Positions 39,253-50,136 are shown, counted from the first letter of the stretch. The stretch: 64,000 bases of DNA from Dehalococcoidia bacterium (GCA_029936675.1 JAPYSB010000008.1:3110-67109), one strand, 5' to 3'. The notes: generated from the sequence alone by a model not told the origin. A program made the numbers and translations.

Positions 39253-39852
39253 ATGGCGAGATACACAGGACCGATTCAGAAAAAACTCAGATCATTGGGA
39301 CTAGATAATTTTGGAGCCTATAAAGTTAGGAAAGAAAACAAATCTAACCAAGGGTTTACACGCCGGAGACGTGTCTCTGCATACGGACTGCAGTTGAAAG
39401 AAAAACAAAAGGCTAGATTCTTATATGGAATCATGGAAAAACAGTTCAAGAATTATTATGAAAAGGCCCTAGATATGGACGGAATAACTGGCGATAATCT
39501 CATGGTTTTACTTGAGAAACGCCTAGACAATGCTTTGTATAGGACCGGCATGTTCTTTTCAAGAAAGCAGTCAAGGCAAGCCGTCAACCACGGCCATTTC
39601 ATGGTAAACGGAGCTAAAGTAGATATTCCTTCTTATCAGATAGGGCAAGGAGACGAAATTTCGTGGGGGCCGAAGGGCCAGAAAACGGAATTGTTCGAGA
39701 TAGCAAAAAGTAATTGTAAAGCTATCCAGAGCCCTCATTGGATCAATCTGGATCAAGATAAAATGACTGCTTCAATAGTCACTGAACCCGGTGCGGAGGA
39801 TGGTGAAATAGTCATTGATACAGTTCAGATTGTGGAATATTACTCAAAGTAA
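39253..39852 (+). CDS. rpsD: 30S ribosomal protein S4
   Basis: MARYTGP..K..R..G...SAYGLQL.EKQK.RF.YG, with an S4 RNA-binding domain (HGHFMVNGAKVDIPSYQ). Confidence 0.97.
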   Translation: MARYTGPIQKKLRSLGLDNFGAYKVRKENKSNQGFTRRRRVSAYGLQLKEKQKARFLYGIMEKQFKNYYEKALDMDGITGDNLMVLLEKRLDNALYRTGMFFSRKQSRQAVNHGHFMVNGAKVDIPSYQIGQGDEISWGPKGQKTELFEIAKSNCKAIQSPHWINLDQDKMTASIVTEPGAEDGEIVIDTVQIVEYYSK

Positions 39853-39870
39853 ATACAGGAGGTTATTTAA

Positions 39871-40920
39871 ATGGTAACGGATTATACTGCTATGTCGATC
39901 TTGGATGCTCCTGAAGAGGAAGAGGAGGACATTGTTGCCAATCCACGTATATCGGTGGCGGAAGCATCAGAAACGTATGGGAAATTTGTAATTGGCCCTT
40001 TAGACCCTGGCTACGGTGTAACTTTAGGGAATCCATTAAGAAGAGTTCTATACAATTCCTTATCTGGCGCCGCTATTACTTGGGTAAAAATCGAAGGAAC
40101 TCTGCATGAGTATTCAAATATTGACAACATCAAAGAAGAGGTTTCAGAGATATTGCTCAATGTAAAGAACTTGAGGATACGGACCGAATCGGAATCTGTG
40201 GGACAGCTTAGACTGGTGACCAAAGGAGAAGGAAAAATTACTGCCGCGGATATTACGCCTTCTTCAGAAATCACTGTAGTAAATACCGAGCAGCATATTG
40301 CCACCTTAGACTCCCCCGACGCGGAACTTAATATGGTTTTGAATGTTGATTATGGAAAAGGCTATAAGGTAGCCGATAGCAGCGAAGGGCATCCCATAGG
40401 GGTAATTCCTATAGACGCTGTATTTACGCCGGTTAGAAAGGTTAATTACACCATAAACCAAACTAGAGTAGGACAGAGGACAGACTTTGAAGAACTTCAT
40501 TTTGAAGTATGGACAGATGGGTCAAAATATCCTGTGGAGGCAGTTATAGAGGCTGCAAATATATTGGTGAATCAGTTTTTTCTTTTCACCAAGGCGGAAG
40601 ACGCCCAGGAAGGCTCTGATGGAGTATCAATGGATATACCGGCAGAGCATTACAACATGACAGTTGAAGAGTTAGAACTTTCATCTAGAACTTTGAACTG
40701 CCTTAAGCGGGCCGCCCTTAATAAGGTTGGCGAAGTTATGGAAAAGTCAAAGAGTGAATTGTTGGAGATAAGGAATTTCGGAGAAAAATCCTACAAGGAA
40801 CTTTATGACAGGTTTAGAGAACTGGAAATACTCCCAGATCATCTAGATCCAGAATTGAAGGCCAACCAAGAAGAACAAACCGCAGAAAACAATCCTGAAA
40901 TCGAAGTTGATGAAGGATAG
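39871..40920 (+). CDS. rpoA: DNA-directed RNA polymerase subunit alpha
   Basis: 349 aa with AGGAGG upstream. NTD has YGKFVIGPLDPGYGVTLGNPLRRVL and the CTD has EELELSSRTLNCLKRA...IRNFGEKSYKEL. An acidic stretch of roughly 24 aa precedes the conserved core. Confidence 0.97.
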   Translation: MVTDYTAMSILDAPEEEEEDIVANPRISVAEASETYGKFVIGPLDPGYGVTLGNPLRRVLYNSLSGAAITWVKIEGTLHEYSNIDNIKEEVSEILLNVKNLRIRTESESVGQLRLVTKGEGKITAADITPSSEITVVNTEQHIATLDSPDAELNMVLNVDYGKGYKVADSSEGHPIGVIPIDAVFTPVRKVNYTINQTRVGQRTDFEELHFEVWTDGSKYPVEAVIEAANILVNQFFLFTKAEDAQEGSDGVSMDIPAEHYNMTVEELELSSRTLNCLKRAALNKVGEVMEKSKSELLEIRNFGEKSYKELYDRFRELEILPDHLDPELKANQEEQTAENNPEIEVDEG

Positions 40921-40938
40921 GAATAGGAGATATTCAAC

Positions 40939-41292
40939 GTGAGACATCAACTTTCAGGCAGGAAATTAGGTAGACCCACTGGACATAGGCTTCTTATGCT
41001 TAGGACTATGGCGACTGACCTGTTACGAAACGAGAGGATGAAAACTACAGATTCCAAGGCTAAGGAAGTCAGAAAGATGGCTGAGAAAATTATAACCTTG
41101 GGTAAGAAAGGTAGCCTACACCATAGGAGACAAGCGGCAGGCTTGCTCACAGACGAAGCTGTTGTGAAAAAGGTATTTGATGAGCTTGGGGATCGCTATC
41201 AAGATCGGAATGGTGGTTATACCAGAATAACTAAGCTGGGCCCGAGGAAAGGGGACGCCTCTGAAATGGCTATTTTAGAGCTGGTTGAATAG
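40939..41292 (+). CDS. rplQ: 50S ribosomal protein L17
   Basis: GTG start. [20 protein letters not shown]....L...E...TT..KAKE.R. Confidence 0.97.
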   Translation: MRHQLSGRKLGRPTGHRLLMLRTMATDLLRNERMKTTDSKAKEVRKMAEKIITLGKKGSLHHRRQAAGLLTDEAVVKKVFDELGDRYQDRNGGYTRITKLGPRKGDASEMAILELVE

Positions 41293-41316
41293 GTACGAGA
41301 ATTTCCAAATATAAAC

Positions 41317-42069
41317 ATGAGGTTGGCGCTTATAATTGAGTATCAAGGAACCAAATACCATGGATTTCAATATCAAACCAACGCAAACAGTGTACAGGAG
41401 GAATTAGAAAACTCAATAGAAAGGCTCACTGGTAGAAAAACAAGAATTACCGCGGCTGGTAGAACAGATGCGGGAGTTCATGCCAGAAACCAAGTAGCAA
41501 CATTCGACACAAACTCCGATTTCGAAACAAACCGGATAGCCAAAGGAATGAATCATTATCTTCCAGAGGACATTGTTGTTAAAAAGGTGGTTCGAGTAGG
41601 AAAGAATTTCAATCCTAGGAGAGACGCGAAATCAAGGGTTTACAGATATTCGATTCTTAATTCGAATTTTCATTCACCTTTGAAGAGATTATATACACAT
41701 TGTGTCATTGGCAATCTTGATAGAGACCTCATGTGTGAGGGTGCTAAATTGTTCCTCGGAGAACATGACTTTAGTAAATTTGCCGGTAAGGTGGAAAATA
41801 ACAAAACTACTGTCAGGATGATTTATCGATCCGAATGGACTTATGAGCACGAAACGCTCACCTATGAAGTTGAAGGAAATGCTTTTCTTCCTCACCAGGT
41901 AAGGCGTATGGTAGGAAGTCTGGTGGATTTGGGTAGAGGGAACTTAAAATTGCAGGATGTACAAGATCTGATTAGTGGTGAAGGTTCTGCTAGGAGCAAT
42001 GCAATGCCTGCAAAAGGTTTGTGCCTTGAAAAAATAATTTATGAAAACTATTGTGATTTAATCCTGTGA
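41317..42069 (+). CDS. truA: tRNA pseudouridine(38-40) synthase
   Basis: [14 protein letters not shown]...[11 protein letters not shown] (catalytic Asp), 250 aa. Confidence 0.95.
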   Translation: MRLALIIEYQGTKYHGFQYQTNANSVQEELENSIERLTGRKTRITAAGRTDAGVHARNQVATFDTNSDFETNRIAKGMNHYLPEDIVVKKVVRVGKNFNPRRDAKSRVYRYSILNSNFHSPLKRLYTHCVIGNLDRDLMCEGAKLFLGEHDFSKFAGKVENNKTTVRMIYRSEWTYEHETLTYEVEGNAFLPHQVRRMVGSLVDLGRGNLKLQDVQDLISGEGSARSNAMPAKGLCLEKIIYENYCDLIL

Positions 42070-42085
42070 ATTAAGGGATATAGCT

Positions 42086-42520
42086 ATGGCGATAAAACAA
42101 AAAATGGAACAACCGAATATCAGTGAATTGAAACCAGATTGGCATGTGATTGATGCGGAAGGTAAAACACTAGGTAGAATAAGCTCAGAAATTGCGATCC
42201 TTCTGCAGGGCAAACATAAACCTGGATATGTCCCGTATTTGAATACAGGGGATTATGTGGTTGTAGTAAATGCGAAAAAAATTCATGTTACAGGAAAGAA
42301 AATAGAACAAAAGAAATACTACCGACATAGTGGATATCATGGTGGTTTAACGGAAAGAACTTTACGGCAAATGTTGGATAAACACCCTGACCGTGTTATT
42401 AGACAATCTGTGAAAGGGATGCTGCCCAAAAACATACCAGGAAGGAGAATGTTGGGTAGATTGAAAGTTTATTCGGGAAGCGAACACCCTCATCAGGCAC
42501 AAATAAACTCTGCTGAGTAA
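42086..42520 (+). CDS. rplM: 50S ribosomal protein L13
   Basis: [37 protein letters not shown]. Confidence 0.97.
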   Translation: MAIKQKMEQPNISELKPDWHVIDAEGKTLGRISSEIAILLQGKHKPGYVPYLNTGDYVVVVNAKKIHVTGKKIEQKKYYRHSGYHGGLTERTLRQMLDKHPDRVIRQSVKGMLPKNIPGRRMLGRLKVYSGSEHPHQAQINSAE

Positions 42521-42557
42521 CGAAGGGTTAATTGACTCATTCGGAAAGGAGAAAACA

Positions 42558-42956
42558 TTGGTTGAACAACAATACACATATGCAGTTGGTAGAAGGAAAA
42601 CTTCAGTGGCGCAGGTTAGGCTATATCAGGATGCTGGCCCAGTTATAGTGGAAGATAAATTAATAGAAGACGCTTTTCCTTTTAGTACATGGCAGCAAAT
42701 AATAAATGAACCTTTCACTGTAACAAACACCCAAGGGAAATTTAGGGTCGTCGCCAAGGTAAAAGGTGGTGGAGTTAGTGGACGGGCCGGAGCCATAAGG
42801 CATGGCATATCAAGGGCTCTTGCTGAAATTGACAACGGCAGATACAGAGATGAACTGAAAAAGGCAGGGTTACTTACTAGAGATTCACGTGTGAAAGAGC
42901 GTAAAAAACCCGGCCTTAAGGGAGCACGAAAGGCCAAACAGTACACCAAACGGTAA
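42558..42956 (+). CDS. rpsI: 30S ribosomal protein S9
   Basis: TTG start. GRRKTSVAQVRL...GGG.SG.AGA.RHGI.RAL...LTRD.R.KERKK.G...ARK..Q..KR. Confidence 0.97.
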   Translation: MVEQQYTYAVGRRKTSVAQVRLYQDAGPVIVEDKLIEDAFPFSTWQQIINEPFTVTNTQGKFRVVAKVKGGGVSGRAGAIRHGISRALAEIDNGRYRDELKKAGLLTRDSRVKERKKPGLKGARKAKQYTKR

Positions 42957-43059
42957 CTTAAACTGTAACTTGAGTTTCCTGGTGCTATAGAGATAGGTGC
43001 GGAGATTGGCAAATTCGAGAGCCATAACGTCAGCTGTTTTTAATACCTCTAGATTATCC

Positions 43060-43725
43060 ATGGCAATGGAAAACTATCTTTTGTCTATTCTTCGCCTTGA
43101 GGAACAACAGACCAGAGTTTCCGTTGCCCAATTGTCTGAGCATTTTAAAACTTTGCCGCTAGGTGAAGGATTAGGCACATCGCTTCCTTCTGTCAGTGCA
43201 ATGATCAGACGGATGTCCAGAGAAAAATTGGTTGGTATCTCCACAGACAAAGAAATTGTGTTAACCAAAAATGGTCGTCAATATGCGGAAGTTATTTTGC
43301 GAAGACACCGGCTAGCTGAAAGACTTTTGGTAGATGTCTTGAAAATCGATCTTGAGTTTGCTCACATCGAGGCACATAGGCTGGAACATACGATGTCTCC
43401 ATACCTAGAACAGAAGGTTGTAGACTTACTAGATAACCCTCAGACTTGTCCCTTTGGACATCCGATACCGGGAAGTGGTTATACTATTCCAGCTAACGCC
43501 ATAACGTTAGATAAATGTAGGCCTGGCAACAAATATGTTTTGGATAGGGTTCCTGAGGATAATCAAGACTTGTTAACCTATTTTGTTGAAAAAGGATTTA
43601 TACCAGGCACTTCCATTAGAATAACCGACTCATCTTTGCCAAGGGGGATCGTAACCCTAAAATGCAATCAAAATGAACTTGTTTTTAGTACTGTAGTGGC
43701 TCAACTTATATGGGTTAGACCCTGA
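43060..43725 (+). CDS. DtxR/MntR-family metal-dependent transcriptional regulator with a C-terminal FeoA/SH3-like domain
   Basis: MENYLLSILRLEE..., then RRHRLAERLL and AH..AHRLEH metal-site helices, and a C-terminal SH3-like segment. The start is trimmed to ATG 43060. Confidence 0.85.
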   Translation: MAMENYLLSILRLEEQQTRVSVAQLSEHFKTLPLGEGLGTSLPSVSAMIRRMSREKLVGISTDKEIVLTKNGRQYAEVILRRHRLAERLLVDVLKIDLEFAHIEAHRLEHTMSPYLEQKVVDLLDNPQTCPFGHPIPGSGYTIPANAITLDKCRPGNKYVLDRVPEDNQDLLTYFVEKGFIPGTSIRITDSSLPRGIVTLKCNQNELVFSTVVAQLIWVRP

Positions 43726-43738
43726 GAAGTAAAAAGTT

Positions 43739-45295
43739 TTGAAAATCGTCTCATCTCACCAAATGCAGGATCTTGAAGCTAGGAGCGAAACACTCGGAAT
43801 ATCCACCAATGAATTGATGAATAACGCTGGGTTCTCAATAGCAAGCCACATAGCGAAAAGTATGGGGCCGTTGAAAGGGTTGAAAGTGGTTTCGCTCGTG
43901 GGGACAGGAAACAACGGATCTGATTGTTTAATAGCTAGTGGCCACTTAGCGAAGTGGGGAGCTTCAGTTACTGCTGTGATTCTCAAACCACGTTTGGAAC
44001 CTGACTTAAGGCGTCAGGAAACTTTGGAGATGGGAATTTCAGTGATAGATATAAATGAAGGAAAAGAAAATTGTTCTTTTTCCTCAGTTCATTCGCTTTT
44101 AAGGAATGCCCACGTAATAGTCGATGGCATTTTAGGTATTGGTACAAGGTTACCCATTCGTGATCCCTTTAAAACGGTTCTTTCTGGTATTAGGGCCTTA
44201 AATGGAAAAAAAGCGAAGGTTTTTTCTATAGATGTCCCATCTGGTGTCGATTCTGACACCTCTGCGGTGGATTCCTCGGCTTTTAAACCAGATGTGACGC
44301 TTGCTCTTGGTCATTTAAAACCTTGTCATGTTAATCAGCCCTCTGCAGATTTTTGTGGGGAAATAATTATTTGTGATATTGGTTTGCCAAATCATTTAAG
44401 CGTTGAGATAGATACCGCATTGCTGTGCGATGAATATGTAAGACTAATTTTGCCAGGTCGATCGATTTCATCCCATAAAGGTAGCTATGGAAAAGCGATG
44501 GTAGTAGGTGGGTCAGATAACTACATTGGTGCCCCGGTTCTTGCAGCCTCCTCAGCTATGAAAACAGGACTCGGGCTAGTGACTATCGCAACCTTCAAAC
44601 ATTTAGTAAATCCTATGGCTAATATGTTCCCTGAAGCTACCTTTTTGAGTCTCAAAGAGGACAGAATGGATATAAGGTCCGGCCAACATATGGCAAGGCA
44701 AATTTTTGAAGCAGTTGAAGACTATAAAGTTTTATTAATTGGATGTGGATTTGGAACCTCGCGAACAGCATACACAATTTTTCAAAATCTAGTTCTGTCT
44801 AATATTAAACTTCCGCAACTTGTTTTAGATGCTGACGGTTTGAATATGCTTTCTAAGATTTCGAACTGGTGGGATAAGATACCTTTTAACACTATATTAA
44901 CCCCACACCCTAAGGAAATGTCACGTTTAACTAGGCTGCCAGTGTCAGAAATACAGTCGGACCGTCTAAATGTTGCAAAAACATTTTCAAAGCAATGGGG
45001 AGTTATTGTGGTTCTAAAAGGTGCCAATACTGTGATATGTGATCCAAATGGTTCTTCAAAAATAAGTCCTTTTGCAAATCCCATTTTATCTTCTGCTGGC
45101 ACCGGCGACGTATTGGCAGGTTTGATTGCAGGCTTCGTTGGACAGGGCAGTAGCCCTTTGGAAGCTTCTTCTTTGGGAGTTTACACGCATGGTAAAACTG
45201 CTGAATCAGTTTCACTTCAGATGGGATCTTCAGGGTTACTTGCAACTGAATTGGCGAATAATGTGCCATTTACGATCAAATATTTGAGGGATTAG
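43739..45295 (+). CDS. nnr: Bifunctional NAD(P)H-hydrate repair enzyme (epimerase/ADP-dependent dehydratase)
   Basis: 518 aa with a TTG start. YjeF-N domain (GTGNNGSD), and a C-terminal carbohydrate-kinase domain (HKGSYGK..VVGGS, GTGDVLAG). Confidence 0.92.
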   Translation: MKIVSSHQMQDLEARSETLGISTNELMNNAGFSIASHIAKSMGPLKGLKVVSLVGTGNNGSDCLIASGHLAKWGASVTAVILKPRLEPDLRRQETLEMGISVIDINEGKENCSFSSVHSLLRNAHVIVDGILGIGTRLPIRDPFKTVLSGIRALNGKKAKVFSIDVPSGVDSDTSAVDSSAFKPDVTLALGHLKPCHVNQPSADFCGEIIICDIGLPNHLSVEIDTALLCDEYVRLILPGRSISSHKGSYGKAMVVGGSDNYIGAPVLAASSAMKTGLGLVTIATFKHLVNPMANMFPEATFLSLKEDRMDIRSGQHMARQIFEAVEDYKVLLIGCGFGTSRTAYTIFQNLVLSNIKLPQLVLDADGLNMLSKISNWWDKIPFNTILTPHPKEMSRLTRLPVSEIQSDRLNVAKTFSKQWGVIVVLKGANTVICDPNGSSKISPFANPILSSAGTGDVLAGLIAGFVGQGSSPLEASSLGVYTHGKTAESVSLQMGSSGLLATELANNVPFTIKYLRD

Positions 45296-45302
45296 AAATA
45301 CT

Positions 45303-46019
45303 TTGGTTCAGCTTAAAGGTAATGATAGATCGGCTTTTGTGGCATCAATGTTTGGAAGAATTTCACGCCGATATGATCTGCTAAATACCCTCATGACTGT
45401 TGGATTGCATTACATGTGGAGAAAAAAAGCGGCGGAATTAGCTACAGCTCATGTTTCGGGGGATATTTTAGATGTCGCTTCTGGTACTGGTGATTTTGCC
45501 TTTGACTTACTTAAATACTCCAATGTCAACATTGTTGTTGGACTGGATTTCTCTCCCGAAATGTTAGATGTTGCTATAAGAAAAAGTGTTAGATTGGGGT
45601 TAGATAGTAGATTTATTCCTGTGATAGGCGATGCACATATTCTGCCGTTTCCGAATGAAAGGTTTGCTAGTGCTACGGTTGGATTTGGAGTACGAAATTT
45701 TTCTGATCTGCCGAAGGCGTTGGCCGATATCGTAAGAGTAACTAGGCGGGGTGGCAAAGTTACTGTGTTGGAAATTGTTAGGCCTCAAGGTAGATTGGCA
45801 TCTGTTTTATTTTTGCGTTATTTCAGGTGGGTGACCCCTAAATTGGGAAGAATTTTCGCTGGGGATTACGAAGCTTATAAATATCTTCCAGAATCTGTTC
45901 AGAATTTTATGTCAGCTGCCCAGCTTTCTGAAATTTTAGAAGGCGCAGGATTGCGAAACTTAGTTGTTGATACTAAAGGGATGGGGTCAATCGCTATAAT
46001 TTCAGGGGAACGACCTTAA
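45303..46019 (+). CDS. ubiE: Demethylmenaquinone/ubiquinone C-methyltransferase
   Basis: FGRISRRYDLLN...LDVASGTGD...PF.NE.FA..T.GFG.RN. 238 aa with a TTG start. Confidence 0.88.
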   Translation: MVQLKGNDRSAFVASMFGRISRRYDLLNTLMTVGLHYMWRKKAAELATAHVSGDILDVASGTGDFAFDLLKYSNVNIVVGLDFSPEMLDVAIRKSVRLGLDSRFIPVIGDAHILPFPNERFASATVGFGVRNFSDLPKALADIVRVTRRGGKVTVLEIVRPQGRLASVLFLRYFRWVTPKLGRIFAGDYEAYKYLPESVQNFMSAAQLSEILEGAGLRNLVVDTKGMGSIAIISGERP

Positions 46020-46020
46020 T

Positions 46021-47118
46021 TCAAGGTCTTACATCCAAGATTATTTCTGTCACCAAGGGAGATTTTTCAGAAATATAAGTCACTGTTACTATATCACCTA
46101 CATCATAACCCCAAAGAAGAGGCAAGAATTCTGACATTGTTGGAGTTGGGGTTCCGTTAATTGCGGTAATGACATCCCCTACCTTTAGTTTTCCGTTATC
46201 TGCGGGACCATTCGGTGATATTTGGGTGACGAATATACCTTCTGCAACACCTAAATCATACCTCTTTGAAATTGTACTAGTCGTATTCATGCCACGGAGT
46301 CCTATTAATGGACGGGTCACCTTTCCTTCTTTTATGAGACTATTGATCACCGGCTGTGCAACCGAAGAAGATACTGAAAACCCTATTCCTTGAGCACCAC
46401 TATAGACGGCCGTGTTTATACCAATGACTTCTCCCTCGTCGCTGACCAAAGGGCCACCACTGTTACCTTGATTGATAGCAGCGTCAGTTTGGATCATGTC
46501 GTATAAATCTCCTCTTTCAGTCTGAACTGTTCTTCCGACACCGCTTATGATGCCGAATGTCACGCTTGGCCCACCCCTCAAACCTAATGCGTTCCCAATC
46601 GTAAATACCCAATCTCCGGGCCTAAGTGCACGAGATTCCCCAAATTTAATTGTAGAAAGATTGTCCGCCTCTATTTTTATGACGGCGAGATCAGTTAAAA
46701 CATCAAGGCCTACTATTTCAGCTGAATAGTTTCTGCCATCTGATAGAGATACTTCTATATCAGATGTATTTTGTATCACATGGTAATTGGTAACAATATA
46801 CCCATCATTACTGATGATTATGCCGGTACCAGATCCTTCATCAGTAAAATCAAAGAAGCGGCCCCTTGAAACTATGTCTACGGATATGGATACAACAGAT
46901 TGTTGGACATTTTCAACTAAATCAGCTAAGGGGAACAAATTTTGTGTAACGGGGGGGCTTTTATCTGAATGAATATTTTCAAGTGTAATTTTTTGAGTAA
47001 AGTCATTTGAATCAATGACAAGAGAGCGATCCTCATCATTAGAACAAGCATAAGTTGCCAAAACGGCAATTACCAAGAAAAAAGAACGAATATGTTTAAG
47101 GTTTAATTGAACGAACAA
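46021..47118 (-). CDS. htrA: HtrA/DegP-family serine protease with one PDZ domain
   Basis: N-terminal signal/anchor, triad context TNYHV...D...GNSGGPL, and a C-terminal PDZ domain (GDVITAINGTP). Confidence 0.92.
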   Translation of the reverse strand: MFVQLNLKHIRSFFLVIAVLATYACSNDEDRSLVIDSNDFTQKITLENIHSDKSPPVTQNLFPLADLVENVQQSVVSISVDIVSRGRFFDFTDEGSGTGIIISNDGYIVTNYHVIQNTSDIEVSLSDGRNYSAEIVGLDVLTDLAVIKIEADNLSTIKFGESRALRPGDWVFTIGNALGLRGGPSVTFGIISGVGRTVQTERGDLYDMIQTDAAINQGNSGGPLVSDEGEVIGINTAVYSGAQGIGFSVSSSVAQPVINSLIKEGKVTRPLIGLRGMNTTSTISKRYDLGVAEGIFVTQISPNGPADNGKLKVGDVITAINGTPTPTMSEFLPLLWGYDVGDIVTVTYISEKSPLVTEIILDVRP

Positions 47119-48010
47119 TCAAATTACCCCTTCTTTTTAAAGCAAGGAACATTCTATCCAATTTGCTTTTTTCATCTTCTTTAACGCCATATTTATGAAA
47201 CATCGATGTAAGTTGCGCTCCAAAAAGTAAAATGATGGCGGAGATATAAAGCCATGCCTGTAAGGCTAAAAGTGCTCCCACTGATCCATAAACTGCATTG
47301 TAAAGGGAGAATGTACTCACCACCCATATGAAACACCACTGCCCGGCAATAAACCCTAAAGTGGCAATAAGGGCCCCGGGTATCACATACTGCATTCTTA
47401 CTTTTATATTTGGCATCCATGCATAAAGTATCAGTATAGATATGAACGCCAATATTGGTGAAATTAATTGGGATATTAATCCAAGGACAAAATCTATTTG
47501 GAAATCTCCGTCTGGGTCAAAATATTCGAAAAGATCTGTTACAACGGAGATGACGGGCGCAGTCAAAAGGATTATCAACACCAGTATACCTGCACCAAAA
47601 ACTAAGCCGATATCTATCAACCTTTCCCTCAGGAAAGGTCTGGGACGTGTTACTCCCCAGGCTGTATTGATTCCTCTTCTAATAGCCCCAAAAGCAGCAG
47701 ACGAAGCCCATATCAATCCAAGAAAACTGGCGATCCCGGTGATAGTACGACCTTTCACGATACCTTCCATGGTTGAACCGATTAATTCACTTGAAACAGG
47801 CAGAACTTCCGCCATTTGGATAGCTAACTCGGTCCTGTCACTGTCTGGGCCAATGATGAATGCCATTACAGACACCACAGCCAAACCCAGTGGAAACAAT
47901 GAAAACAAAGCGTAAAAAGAAATAGCCGCCGCCATAAAAACACAATTTTTAGATAGAAAATCGGTAACGGCTTCATAAAGGAAATTTATGATGCTATTCA
48001 GAGACATCAA
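47096..48010 (-). CDS. YihY/BrkB-family inner membrane protein
   Basis: 304 aa with 6 TM segments. AAAISFYALFSLFP and YGS.GA...L.WLY....I.L.GA motifs. Confidence 0.85.
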   Translation of the reverse strand: MMSLNSIINFLYEAVTDFLSKNCVFMAAAISFYALFSLFPLGLAVVSVMAFIIGPDSDRTELAIQMAEVLPVSSELIGSTMEGIVKGRTITGIASFLGLIWASSAAFGAIRRGINTAWGVTRPRPFLRERLIDIGLVFGAGILVLIILLTAPVISVVTDLFEYFDPDGDFQIDFVLGLISQLISPILAFISILILYAWMPNIKVRMQYVIPGALIATLGFIAGQWCFIWVVSTFSLYNAVYGSVGALLALQAWLYISAIILLFGAQLTSMFHKYGVKEDEKSKLDRMFLALKRRGNLIVRSIKP

Positions 48011-48018
48011 TATAATTT

Positions 48019-48900
48019 TTAATTGTTTTGGCCGGAGAAAAATTCTCTCAATGCCTTTACCGTTCCTTCACGATTTTCACTATGAAGGCCGTGCCCGGCA
48101 CCAGCTATTTCTTTAACAATGCCTTTATTAGAAGGTATCTTAGAGGCCATTTCATTGGCTTGCTTAAGATCTAGCACAGCAGAGGTTTCACCTCTGATAA
48201 TCATTGTGTTGCAGGATATTCTGGGTATACAGTCCCACAGGAATTCTCCTTCTTTAAGGGCCGTTCTACCTAAAAGCCACTTCATCTCTGGATCGGTCTT
48301 CGGTATGAGTATCCCATCCCAATTTGTGCGATAGGTGTATTTAACAATTTGCCATAATTGGTTGTCGTTTAAAGTTGGCTCGGACTCCTTATGCCAATCA
48401 AATGCTTGTTCAGGTGTGAAAAATCCTCTTGGTTTTTCTTTTGTACCCTTTGTCATTCTTTGATTAGCTGTGGCTTTACCAGCAGGCGAAGGGTCCGGCA
48501 TTGGCCCATAATCCCCCAATGCTAGGTGCGAAACAAAATCCCCGTAATATGCTCCCAAAGCTATGCCTATTCGGGATCCTTGAGAATGGCCGTAATAATC
48601 AAATGGGTATAGACCGGTGACTTTGGCAAATGCGGCTACATCGGAAGCGAAATTTTGAACCGAGTAACCCCCTCTGCTCCAATCGCTATCGCCACAACCC
48701 CGAGCATCTATGGCTACAACGTGCCATTTGTCTGAAAATTCAGGGGATATTTCATCAAAAAGATGTGAATGACCACCAATACCATGCATCAATATGAGAG
48801 GTTTCTTTGTTTTGTCACCACCCCAGTCAAGGTAATGAATGTTGAGATCATTTGCAACGACCCATTTGTCTTCAGGATAAAAATGGCTCATGGATAACAC
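48019..48900 (-). CDS. Alpha/beta-fold hydrolase
   Basis: HGIGGH oxyanion region, GHSQGS nucleophile elbow and C-terminal AGHGLH. Confidence 0.82.
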   Translation of the reverse strand: MLSMSHFYPEDKWVVANDLNIHYLDWGGDKTKKPLILMHGIGGHSHLFDEISPEFSDKWHVVAIDARGCGDSDWSRGGYSVQNFASDVAAFAKVTGLYPFDYYGHSQGSRIGIALGAYYGDFVSHLALGDYGPMPDPSPAGKATANQRMTKGTKEKPRGFFTPEQAFDWHKESEPTLNDNQLWQIVKYTYRTNWDGILIPKTDPEMKWLLGRTALKEGEFLWDCIPRISCNTMIIRGETSAVLDLKQANEMASKIPSNKGIVKEIAGAGHGLHSENREGTVKALREFFSGQNN

Positions 48901-49042
48901 CCCTTATTTAAACTTGTCCAACGTTCGTTGAAAGTGATGAATCTATTCTACCAATAATGGGAACTTAACCTTACTTTTTATATGTACTGCTCTTGTAGAA
49001 TTAAAGAACTGAATAAACATCGGGTTTCTATAGGCACTAAAT

Positions 49043-50071
49043 TTGAAGACTGCTGATTTTGACTACAAACTTCCACAAGAATTAATTGCGCAATCTCCAT
49101 CAGAACCAAGAGATCACTCACGCCTTATGATACTAGATCGAAAAAACGGCCGAATTGAGCACCGTAAATTCTATAATATTTCTGAATATTTAAATCCTGG
49201 GGATGTGTTGGTATTTAATGATAGTAGGGTCATACCAGCAAGGATGTATGGATTAACAGTGGATAGAAGAAGCCGAGTCGAACTACTGTTGCTTTCTCAG
49301 ATCAGTGCTAATGTTTGGAAGACCTTGGTTAAACCGGGACGAAGAATGAGAAAGGGGGCAAAATTTCTAATAAACGGAACTGATGGTAAACAATTAATTG
49401 GGAGAGTTCGAGAGCAACACCTTGATGGTAGTCGAGAAGTTGAGTTCGAATCTGAGTTAAACTTCGGGTACTTTGGGTCGCTGCCTCTTCCTCCATACAT
49501 ACATGAAACAACAGCACCTGCTGACCGGTACCAGACTGTATACGCTCAAAAAGAAGGAAGTATCGCAGCTCCGACTGCTGGTCTCCATTTCACAAAAAAA
49601 TTACTTAAACGGATATCTGCAAAAGGAGTGTCGCTAGAATTTGTAACCCTTCATGTCGGTTGGGATTCCTTCCGCCCGCTGAAGACCAATGATCCTTCAG
49701 AGCATAAAATGCATTCAGAATACTGGGAACTTACCCGAGACGTGTGCGACAGAATAAATCTGGCAAAAAGTGAAGGAAGAAGAGTTATATCTGTAGGGAC
49801 CACGGCGGTACGGCTTCTAGAAAATGCTGCCAGAATCAATTTATCTCCCACTTTAAGTCCAGGTTCTGGATGGGCTGACATTTATATTAAACCAGGATAT
49901 CAATTCCGTGTTGTGGATAGTTTAATCACAAATTTCCACTTGCCTAAATCTACTTTGCTAATGTTAACCAGCGCCCTTGCCGGTAGGGATAATGTTTTAA
50001 AGGCTTATAAAGAAGCGATCCAGAACCGATATAGGTTTTATAGCTTTGGTGATGCGATGTTCATAGTTTAA
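49043..50071 (+). CDS. queA: S-adenosylmethionine:tRNA ribosyltransferase-isomerase
   Basis: TTG start. FDYKLPQELIAQSP...PPYI...YQTVYA...GS.AAPTAGLHFT...YRFYSFGDAM. Confidence 0.95.
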   Translation: MKTADFDYKLPQELIAQSPSEPRDHSRLMILDRKNGRIEHRKFYNISEYLNPGDVLVFNDSRVIPARMYGLTVDRRSRVELLLLSQISANVWKTLVKPGRRMRKGAKFLINGTDGKQLIGRVREQHLDGSREVEFESELNFGYFGSLPLPPYIHETTAPADRYQTVYAQKEGSIAAPTAGLHFTKKLLKRISAKGVSLEFVTLHVGWDSFRPLKTNDPSEHKMHSEYWELTRDVCDRINLAKSEGRRVISVGTTAVRLLENAARINLSPTLSPGSGWADIYIKPGYQFRVVDSLITNFHLPKSTLLMLTSALAGRDNVLKAYKEAIQNRYRFYSFGDAMFIV

Positions 50072-50136
50072 ACTCCAAAAGGGAAGTGTATAATCCGCGT
50101 TACTATGCTGTTATTGAATCGTGTGAGGTTTTCCTA

